Of a stretch of DNA of 64,000 bases, positions 13,321 through 23,514 are shown piece after piece. Source of the stretch: the human T2T-CHM13v2.0 reference genome, Homo sapiens; the NCBI RefSeq assembly GCF_009914755.1, contig NC_060935.1. The stretch is one strand, 5' to 3'. The first letter of the stretch is position 1. Every line of letters begins with the position of its first letter. The notes beneath the pieces are model-generated. The model worked only from the letters and a program-made list of their open reading frames with translations, was not told the DNA's origin and ran no database searches. The translations under genes were made by a program, and so were the position numbers.

Positions 13321-13882
13321 TGACAAGTTTCCCTTCACCTACTCCCTGCACATTGCCTAGCTACTTCAACACATACATGCCTTTTGTTTATACTTCCTGT
13401 CAATCTAGGTATTTGAAAAACTTCTATCTTGTTTCATCCACAATAGTTCTTATCTCCCGGTTCTTAAGGAGCTTAGCCTATTCCATAACTAATGCACTCT
13501 ATAATATATTTTACATAAGGCTAGATGATGACTCTTTTTTTTTTTTTTTTTTTTTTTTTTTACAGATTGTATGATTGGTTGTTGTAGATTTTTCTCAAAT
13601 GAAATGTGAGTGTTGTTAAGACTTTTTGCTCACAAAAAATGATATATGCTGAAAAAATATCTCTCAGTATCATGGTACTAAATTTGACCTTGTGAATTAA
13701 GATAGCTTTAAATAGCTCAAACTTATTAAATCCAACTCAGCTCATAGATAAGTAGGTAGATAGATACATACATAGATGAAAAAAAGAAAGGAAGACAGAG
13801 AGAGAAAAAAGAAAGAAACTTAATTGAGTATGGCCAGCTTTAATCATAGATGTTTCTAGAACGGGCAGCTACGGAGTTGAAG

Positions 13883-13914
13883 CATGAAATCTGCCCAACA
13901 TGAAATCTGCCCAA
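13883..13914. repeat. perfect 16 bp tandem duplication CATGAAATCTGCCCAA x2
   Basis: Direct reading. Confidence 0.95.
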
Positions 13915-14379
13915 GCAGATCAAGAAATCCATGAAAAAAAGAATCATCACTTAGATAAGTATTTTTATAATTTTACAGAAGTTACCATAACTTAAGGGAT
14001 CACAGGGGAAGATTGTACACACATACATATTTAGATATTTGGCTTGGGGAATAATTTTGCTAAACGGACCTTATTCCTAAAATAGAATGAACCATACATA
14101 GTTGGATTTCAGAATCATTTAATAGTCACAGGAAAATCTACATAAAAGTTTTGGATAAATAAAAAATTTTCTTACTTTGCAATTTTCCTAATTCTCCCAG
14201 TGATAATTGCAAGATCACCCAATTGTGATTCATGTTGTAGAAATAACATGTGGCTATAATCAGGAAGGATACAAATGAGAATAATAAAAAGTCCTGGTAG
14301 TTGGGTCTACATATTCAACATAAAATGTAGATCAATTACTTCATTCTTTTATTGATTGAGCTGGAAGCAATCTCAGCTC

Positions 14380-14528
14380 TACTCCCTTGACTCACAAATG
14401 AGAAATTAAAGGCCAAACAGTTAGATAATGTAAAAGATTAATCAAGGTCATAATAATAATTAGGGACAGCATTAAGGCTAGAACCTTGTTTACCTGGTTT
14501 CCAATCCAGGGATCTTCCCACTAAACCT
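14380..14528 (-). mobile_element. MIR
   Basis: ACAAATGAGAAATTAAAGGCC...CAAGGTCATA...CTAGAACC, MIR core. Confidence 0.7.
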
Positions 14529-15568
14529 TGTTGTCTTGAGGGGTCTATTTAAAAACAGTCTGGTTAAAATATGACTAGAGAAAAGAGGCAAGTCTCTCCA
14601 GGTAGCCCAATCAAATGCAAAATTCCTGAAAGTTCATTCAGATAAAGCACATCTGGCTAGAGCACCAACACATAGCTATAGCAGTGCATGTAAAAGCAAA
14701 GAAATTGGAATCTGAACATGACTAGCAGGGTTTGCAAAGTCTGACACCATGAGCAGTGGGATTAGGGCCACATTTTGAGCTGCTGGAAAGAGAGGGGAAG
14801 ATTTAAGCCCCAAATGGGGCCTAAATGAAGAATAAATCTGTTAGCAGAGCAATTACTCATGTCCTCAGTACACTGCCTCCTTCAAGGATTAGCAGATAAA
14901 TCTAGGCCTAGGCATTGATGTTTTCTTGGCACATCTTCCTCCTTCTGCACATCAATAACAATGTGTTTACCCAATTATCAGATAATCCCACTTAAATTGA
15001 TCAATTGATAGCTCCCCAGTCCCTTCAAAGCACTGCTTTGTTTTCTTTGGCCTCAAACACCTAAAAATATTTCTAGAGGTCAGAAAAGTACAAATTGCAA
15101 ATTTATTATTCTTTGAGTTGCACGATGACCTTTAACCAAGCATTTCAAATCTCTGTGTGGTGCCTTGGAAAAGTGATTTCCATTAAAGTAAACAGGAGTC
15201 CAAGGGCAAAAAGCTGAAGGGAGCTTTGAGGTTTAACCCTTTCATGAACTTAGCCCACAGTGGGGAAGAAAAATGGGCAATTGCTTATGGTACTTGTCAT
15301 ATTTAAATCACCTCACTTTTAAATGTTTTTCTTCCTCTTTTGCTTTATTTTTGCCCCTTGACTTTGCAACTTAACAAAACCCTGTACAAATTATTACAAA
15401 GTGATAACTCTTATGGAGAAAATAATTTATTCTTCTCATACATGTGCCATATCAAACATTAGATTAGTTTAATTTAAAGAAGAATGTTACAGATACTCAA
15501 TTCTTGTTTGTTATCTTTTCACTAACAGATGAGAACTGCTTCAAGTCCAGTGCTTTCATAGTTTTAGG

Positions 15569-15818
15569 AGGAGTTAACAGACTTAGCAATAAAAAATACA
15601 GGATATCCAGTTAAATTTGAATTTAATGCACAGTAGATGGATTAAATTTGTCAAATTAAATGGTAGATCAAACTTAAATTTGATCTACTATGATTTTTTA
15701 GTATAAGTATGTCCTAAATATTTCATGAAACATATGTATACTAAAAATGTATGTATAGTGTATTTAAAGTTCAAATATAAGTGGACACTCTTTAGTCCAA
15801 TATTATGCCTGGAAATGC
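15569..15818. mobile_element. MER53 palindromic hAT MITE with insertion in left arm
   Basis: CAGACTTAGCAATAAAAAATACAGGATATCCAGTTAAATTTGAATTT...TTTTTAGTATAAGTATGTCCTAAATATTTCATGAAACATATGTATACTAAAAA...TTCAAATATAAGTGG. Confidence 0.85.
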
Positions 15819-16039
15819 AACAATGGGAGAGCCTCTCACATTTTAGTTATTAATGGCGTGATGGTTACCAAACAACAGGGGAAGGCAACAGCTGAGGCAG
15901 AACATAATTTTGGACACATTCTGCCTGATTTTAGTTTACCTAAGAATCAAAATAAAAAAAAGATATAAGCAAGGTTTATAATTAAAAAAAAAAAACTTTC
16001 TTCATCAACACCACCTTTACAATTTGCTTCCTACTTGCA

Positions 16040-16330
16040 ACTGCATCTTTCCCACCTGGGTTGTATCATTCTCTTCACCCCACTAACTCCCTTTTTTGCT
16101 TCAAGAATGTACTTGGCTATTCCTCACACTCATGTATTTTGATCACACTGTTGCCATGTCTGGTATAATACATACTGTTCCCACCTGTACCTCTTCAAAC
16201 TCTTTAATCACAATCACAATCTAAGTCTCAGTTCCTCTGTGAAACTTCTCTTGTTATACAATGACCTTGCTCTCCATCTTGAATCACCAGATAAACTCTC
16301 ATATCCTTTATTTGGCACTTACATTTCATT
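16040..16330 (+). mobile_element. L2 fragment
   Basis: CACACTGTTGCCATGTCTGG...TCTCAGTTCCTCTGTGAAACTTCTC, L2-like. Confidence 0.55.
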
Positions 16331-16599
16331 GGGATTCCTAAAGTGTACATCCTCCCCCCGCCCCACCTCTATCTCTCACTCTCCTCATTCTAGAATACAC
16401 ACCCCCAACTCCTCAAGCTTGGTTTTTTAGTTAAAGGGCAATCTCATGAATATGAGGCACATAACTTTACTTAGTTTTATTTCTATTTCAGTGATGATAA
16501 ATACACTTAGTATATATCTGCTCAAGTTTATTGGTCTTAATATTTAACCAGTCTCCTAACTTGAAGTCATTTTCTATCTCTTTGAATTAATTCAAACCA

Positions 16600-16660
16600 T
16601 CTATTCATTCTTCCAAAAGTATCTATTGAGCAACTATCACGTGCTAGATGTTTCCCTAGC
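16600..16660 (-). mobile_element. L2 3' end
   Basis: ATTCATTCTTCCAAAAGTATCTATTGAGCAACTATCACGTGCTAG. Confidence 0.7.
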
Positions 16661-16669
16661 TTTCAGATC

Positions 16670-16975
16670 ACTAAAACGTAAGCTGCATGAGGGCAGGGAT
16701 TATATACATCTTGTTTAGCTAAATCTCAGAAACTAGAGCATGTGGTGGAGGCATAATAGCTAACATACTGAAAACACACGCCTTTAAAAATCATTCACTG
16801 CTTTTTAAATAGATAGTATTTTCATTTTAATTAAATTTAAATGACAATTTTTACCACATAACCATTGCAGAGACAGGTAATAAAGCATAGCTCTTAGGAG
16901 ACAGGAATAATGAGAAGACAAAAACGATTAAAGCAAAAGTAGATGTTCAATGATTATTGGTTGAATAAGTAAAAT
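16670..16975 (+). mobile_element. L2 3' end split by ~190 bp insert
   Basis: GTAAGCTGCATGAGGGCAGGGA...CTAGAGCATG [insert] GCAAAAGTAGATGTTCAATGATTATTGGTTGAATAA. Confidence 0.7.
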
Positions 16976-17589
16976 AAAACCTACTACCTATTCTTGCTAG
17001 TTTATCTTCAATTCATGCTTTGTTTCTTCTAGTACCACTGACTTAGATAAGAACTCATCCGTCTCTTTCAAATGATCACGTTGCTATCTGCAATAGTTAT
17101 GCTGCCTTCAATCTTCAGCTTAATATCTATTATACAAGTTGCTACTAGGATTATAGTGTGTACTAATATATTTACTTCTCTGCCTATGTGCCTTCTGTGA
17201 TGTCTCATTATATAATATATAAAGTCCACACTCAATAATGGCATATACACTACTTCACAATGTGGATCTAACTTAAGTCTCCAGACTTAGTTGTTTATTT
17301 CCGATTCACACTCTCAGGCTTGAACCAAATCCATCTAATTCCCCTTTGATGAAGCTGTAAACAGTTAGAGTTGTGTGGAGTCAGGCGGTCAGTGAATGTG
17401 GGGGTGAAGGTCACTAAAATTGCTCATCATTTTAAAACTCACCAGCCATTTGCTGTTTAATGCTTTGCATATGTTACTATCTGAAAGATCCTTGCTTATT
17501 TTTGTCTGAGAGTGCCTAGACTTCTGTTCCAGTCTTCTCACATGGAACTTTCTATATTATGTCCAACTGCCTTCCCTACTTAAAAAGAG

Positions 17590-17760
17590 AAATTCCCTCT
17601 GTGTACTCCTATAATATTTTGTCCATATGTCTGCCAGAATGAACATGTTAAGTCTTAACTCATCTATTCACATTTTGACTACTTTGTCTAGTCTCAGAAT
17701 TCCCTGAAGGCAAAGATCTTGCCTTGTCCATCTCTGTATATATCGGTTCCCCTAATGTGT
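17590..17760 (+). mobile_element. L2 fragment
   Basis: CCCTCTGTGTACTCCTATA...TCCCTGAAGGCAAAGATCTTGCCTTGTCCATCTCTGTAT. Confidence 0.55.
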
Positions 17761-18084
17761 TAAATAGGACATGAATTATTTTGGTAAGATTATTCTGTTT
17801 GGGTATGTTCTTTCTCTTTTTTTGATGATCATTATATGAGTATATTTCCTCCCGGGTTCTGGTGTTTCTTTTGCTATTCTTTATATTTTGTTGGATCTTA
17901 TTATATTAGGCAAGTTTCTTCCACAATTGTGCAATGGTAAGAGGTAGCCAGCATCCTCATGTGGATTAATGTAAATAGGAAGCATGTGAGTGATTTATGA
18001 ATCTGCCTGAGTTTTGAGTCTGAGGTTACAAATGTCAAGCCAAAAGCTGATTATAACCCTAGGTTTCTCACAGAGGTCCAATCT

Positions 18085-18205
18085 AGACCACAGACTCCAG
18101 GAGAGAAAGGACTTTTGTTACTTGTGTTCACTTCTCTATCCCCAGCACCTGTTACTATACTAGGAATATAATGACCACTAAGTTAATACTGTTAATTGAA
18201 TAAAA
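18085..18205 (+). mobile_element. L2 3' end
   Basis: AGGACTTTTGTTACTTGTGTTCACTTCTCTATCCCCAGCACCT...TGTTAATTGAATAAA. Confidence 0.7.
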
Positions 18206-18459
18206 AACACTCGCCAAAAGCCACAGAGCTGAAAAATTTCAGAATTATAACTGATGTCAGGACAGTCTGATTTCTAAGATCATTTGTATTTAAATAGCCT
18301 GCTATCTCTCAAGATGGAAATTATTTAATTTAAACTCATGTTACAGACCATGCAAATGGAGACTTTCCTATATACTCATTCTAATCTGTATATTCAGACT
18401 TGCTCTTCTGGTGCTAAGTGCCTCATAATTTCCTCTTATATAAATGGTTCGTGATGATT

Positions 18460-18650
18460 GATTTTGCGTTATTTACAGGCACCATTCTAGGTATTTTAGA
18501 TTCATGAAGATAATGAATCATGACAAGAAACTTACTAGCACCATTTTGAAAATGATGCAACTGAAGTATAGTGAGGTTAAACAACATGCTCAAAGTCAAA
18601 TAACGAGCAGTTTTCAAGCTGGTCAGTCTATCTTCACATATGTAGACTTT
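18460..18650 (-). mobile_element. MIR
   Basis: CAGGCACCATTCTAGG...CCATTTTGAAAATGATGCAACTGAAG...GAGGTTAAACAACATGCTCAAAGTCA. Confidence 0.7.
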
Positions 18651-19769
18651 ACACTCTAGAAGAGTTCAACTGATCAGTATCTCTAAAAGTAGAAATCAGC
18701 AAAGGAAGAGCTGTTAGCCTGAGTCCAGCTTACCAGCTTCTGAAGGTTTACCTGTGTCTTCAGAGAGGCATGTCTACTGACCCCTGCCATACTGCTATCA
18801 CTAATGATGTGAATTGGTGTCTCCCACAGCCTCCTTTTGTTTGCAATGGCAGCATTTCACAGACCCCATCTGCTTGAACATAAATAGGTGTCAAATCTGT
18901 AAAAGCGGGCAGGAAAATAGCATAAACACAGGGCATGAAGTCGTTAAATGTACCACCAGACAGCACCCCCAGTATTAGGAATACAGAAATGCATGTGGAG
19001 ATATAATAGCTAACATATTGAAAATACATGACTTTCTAAAATCATACGTTGCTCCTTTCATAAGCAATATTTTCATTTTAATTAAATTCGTGTAGTGTTT
19101 TTCACCATTTAGATGTTTCACAGACACGTATTAAAGCAAAGCTTTTAGGGGAAAAGAGTGAATATTAGTCAAAAAAGCTTTAAATTAGGATAATTTACGT
19201 AGCAAATTTTTATCGTGTGTTATTGGGGAAAATGAAATTTATGTGTAATATTAAATACACTCAAACATATGAGCATAAATTAGTACAAATACAAAAATAA
19301 GATGTATGTGTATCTCCCTGTATTTACAGGTAATGAAAATATATAAATAAAATATTCTTGAAATTGTAATATTCCTAATACAATCCAAATCCTCAAAAAT
19401 CTTTTTTGCTTAAGAATGGTTGAGTCAGGCTGACGTTGATTGCATCTCCTAAGAGGTAAAGTAAGATCAGAGCCATCGCCTTAGAAAGAATAAGCCTTTT
19501 CATAAGAACAATTGATGAGTCCTCATTCCTCTTCCATATAATGCTCATGCTCTAATTGTAAACCAAAGTCATTCTCTTTCAACCCATTAAAAGTCTTCAG
19601 TGTTCTCCTTCCACATGAGTTGCCTGTATCTGTGTTTACTCCTTTGTTGATTTAGTCTATACTTATTCTTTAGGAAACTATGCATTAGATAACTTTTTAA
19701 TTGATCACTTAATATAAAGTGTGTGTGTGTGCACACACATGCATTATGTAATGTGTAATATAGGAGTAT

Positions 19770-20340
19770 AGATATATGTTACAAATATTTTTCCCAGTTT
19801 GTTGTAACTCCTCTAGTGATGAAGATTTCTGTTATTCAGGACATATTTGAGATTTAATTTGTCAGTCTTTTCTTTTGGAGTTGTGTCACATGTATAAAGT
19901 TCTCTCCAAATTTAAAGAAATTAAATGTGTTTTATTATGTCACCTTGTACTTTCATATATTTGTATTTTTGCATTTAATTTTTTAATGAAAACTGGAATT
20001 TATAGAATTGAAATTTTGAGAGATTGATTCAACCTTATTTCCTTTTCTAGATAACTACCAAATTGTTTGAATATCATTTGTTGATTAGTCCATGTTTTCC
20101 CCACTGATTTGAAATATTAAAAAAATCTAAATATCCCTATATACTGAGTTTGTCTTGAGTTTTTTTAGTTCCATTAATGTATTTATTTATGAGCCAGTAC
20201 TATATTGTTTTATTTGTTATGAATTTCTAAGAATTTCAGCATCTTGTAAGAATAATTTATCGTCATTACATTTTCCCTTGGCTATACTTGATTTTTTAAA
20301 AATAAACCTAAAAATCAGTTCATTTAATTATAAGAAAAAG
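19770..20340 (-). mobile_element. old L1M (L1ME-like) ORF2 fragment
   Basis: ACAAATATTTTTCCCAGTTTG...CATTTGTTGATTAGTCCATGTTTTCCCCACTGATTTGAAAT. Confidence 0.65.
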
Positions 20341-20689
20341 AATCTGTTTCTATTTATATTATTCCCAAAATTTGGCACCCATCTGGACCACAAAACTCTG
20401 CAGGTTTCTTTACATTTGTATCTTTTAACCAGAAACCCTGAGCAGTGGCAGGCAGTATTTTGAAACTCCTTTACTCTAAGAAGGGCTCAATGACTATTCT
20501 ATTTATAACTTTAACCAGAAGTACATTTGAGTCAAACCACTGCTTAATTATTTCCCTGGATTGCTTTTTCCATGTCTGTAATATATATTGAACTATTTTT
20601 TCAAGTACCAGGACTGAAGGTTGATTTCCTTCTTCTCTACAAGTTATTTTATATGACTCACCATAAGACAGTTGTGTGCTCTTCTTTCT

Positions 20690-23507
20690 TTTAAATTTTT
20701 TATTATTAATAACATCTTTATTGAGAAATAATTCTCATTATCCCAATATAAAATTTGATGATTTTTAACGTATTTAAATAATTGTATACAACTGCCATCA
20801 CTGTCAATTTTAGAATATTTTATTATAGCAAAAAGAAGCCCCATACCTTTTAGATATCAAACTCCCTACTCTCCAACCCTGCAACCTCTAAGAAACTACA
20901 AATCTACGCTCCGGTTTATAGATTTGACTATTGTAGATGTTTTTTATACAATGAATCATATCATGTGTAGTCTTTTGCGTCTGGCTTCTTCAACTTGGCA
21001 TAATGTTTTCAAGGTTCATCCATGTTGTAGCATATATCAAGATTTTGTGCCCCTTTATGGTATAAACATATTCAATTATATGAGCATACCACAAATTTAT
21101 TTATCTGTTTTTCAGTCAATGGACATTTGGGTTATTCCCACTATTTGGTTGGCCATCATGCAGAGTATCATTATTATACAAGTTTTTGTGTGGACATGTG
21201 TTGTTATTTTGTTGGTTATGTACCCAGAAATAGAATTTCTGGGTCATATGATAACTCTGTGGAAACATTTGAAGAATTGTCTGACTGTTTCCAAAGTGGC
21301 TTTACCACTGATATGGTTTGGAGAGCTTGGAAGAAGACAGGAACATGTGGGAATGTTTAGAACTTTCTAGAGAGATGTTGAATAATTTTGACCAAAATGC
21401 TAATAGTGATATAGACAAGGAGGTTTAGGTTGAGGGAACTTCAGCAAAGGTCACTCTTTCTATGCTTTAGCAAAGAGACTGGCAGCATTTTGCCCCTGCC
21501 CTAGAGATCTGTGGAACTTTGGACTTGAAAGAGATGATTTATTCCAAAGTAAAATATACTTTTATTCTTAAATATATATTTATTCCAAAATAAAATAAAA
21601 AAAGATGATTTAAATATATATATTTAAATATAAATTTATTCCAACATAAAATAAAAAGAGATGATTTGTTCCAAAATATACTCTGTCACCTCTTGAACAC
21701 TTTTGCTGCTAAGAAATTCCTTCTGCCACCTCACAGAAGTGGATTTCTTTTGCCACCTGGCATTTGGAATGGGAGCATTTATTCAATGCCACCTGGCAAA
21801 AGAAATTTCTTAGCAGAAAAGTGTTTAAGAGGTGACAGAGTATAAAGGTTTGGAAAATTTGCAGCCTGGCCATGTGTTAGGAAAGAAAAACCTAATTTCT
21901 GAGAAAAAATTAAAGCTGGCTATAGAAATTTGCATAAGTAATGAGAAGCTGGGAATGTTAATTACCAAGACAATGGGGAAAATTTCTTTAGGGCATATCA
22001 GAAATCTTCACAACAGTCCCTCCCATCACAAGCATGGAGGCCTAGGGGGAAAAAATTGTTTCATGGGCCAGGTCCAAGCTCGTCCTGCTGTGTACAACCT
22101 AGGGACTTGGTGCCCTGCATTCCAGTCACTCCAGCCATGACTAAAAGGGGCCAAGGTATAGCTTGGGCCATTGATTCAGAGGGTACAAGTCCAAGCCTTG
22201 ATGGCTTCCATGTAATGCTGGGCCTTAGGGTGCACAGAAGAGTTCAGCTTTGGGAACCTCTGTCTAGATTTCTGAGAATGTATGGAAATGCTGGATGTCT
22301 AGGCAGAAGTCTGCTGTAGGAGTGGAGCCCTCATGGAGAACCTCTGCTAGGGCAGTGTGGAAGAAAAATGTGGGGTTGGAGCCCCCACACAGTGTCCCCA
22401 CTGGGGCATTACTTACTGGAGCTGTGAGAAGAAAGCCATTGTCCTCCAGACCTGAGAATGGTATATTCACTGACAACTTGCACCATGTTCCTGGAAAAGC
22501 CTCAGACACTCAATGCCAGCTATAAAAGCAACCAGCGGGGCATACCCTGCAAAGCCACAGGAGCACAGCTGCCCAAGGCTATGCAAGCCCACCCCTTGCA
22601 TCACTGTGCCCTGGATGTGATACATGGAGTCAAAGGAAATTATCTCAGAGATTTAAGATTTAATGACTACTCTGCTCAATTTCAGACTTGCATGGGGCCT
22701 GTAGCCCCTTTGTTTTGGCCAATTTCTCCCACTTGGAATGGAATCAATTATCCAATGCCTGAATCCTCATTGTATCTTGGAGGTAACTAACTTGTTTTTT
22801 ATTTAACAGACTGCTAGGCAGAAGGAAATTGACTTATTTCTGATGATACTTTGGTCTTGAACTTTTGGGTTAAAGCTGAAATGAGTTAAGACTTTTGGGG
22901 ACTGTGGGAAGACATGATTGTGTTTTGAAATATGAAGACATGAGATTTGAAAGGGGCCAGGGCCAGAATGATATGGTTTGGCTCTGTGTCCCCACCCAAA
23001 TCTTATCTTGAATTGTAATCCCCATTATCTTCATGTGTCAAGGAAGGGACCTGGTAGGAGGTGACTGGATCATAGAGGTGGTTTTCCCCATGCTGTTCTT
23101 GTGATAGTAAGTGAGTTTTCATGATATCTGATGGTTTTATAACTGTTTGACAGTTCCTCCTTCACATGTTCATGCTCTTTCCTGCCACTTTGTGAAGAAG
23201 GTAAATGCTTCCCCTTCTGCCATGATTGTAAGTTTCCTGAGGCCGCCCCACCTGTGTGGAACTGTGAGTCACTTAAACCTCTTTACTTCATAAATTACCC
23301 AGTCTCAGGGAAGTTTTTATAGCAATGTGAAAATGAACTAATACAATCATTTTACCTTCTCACCAGCAGTTTGCGTATGTTTCGTTTCTCTACATCCTCA
23401 TCAATACGTACTATTATCCAACTTTTTGATTATACCTAGTAGGTGTGAAATGGTATCTCATTGTAGATTTGATTTGCATTTGCCTGATGATTAATAATTT
23501 CAAACAT
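20690..23507 (-). mobile_element. L1MB/MC-like 3' end (20690-21308 and 23346-23507), split by THE1D
   Basis: L1M 3'UTR (TTTATTGAGAAATAATTC..., CAAGGTTCATCCATGTTGTAGCAT). CCAAAGTGGCTTTACCA resumes after the LTR as CATTTTACCTTCTCACCAGCAG. Confidence 0.85.
21309..23345 (+). mobile_element. THE1D-like MaLR provirus: 13 bp 5' LTR stub, internal region, intact 3' LTR (22969-23345)
   Basis: TGATATGGTTTGG at 21309 and 22969, THE1-int motifs (GAGAGACTGGCAGCATTTTGCCCCTGCCCTAGAGATCTGTGG), LTR end AACTAATACA, 5 bp TSD ACCAC/ATCAT. Confidence 0.95.
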
Positions 23508-23514
23508 TGAATTA

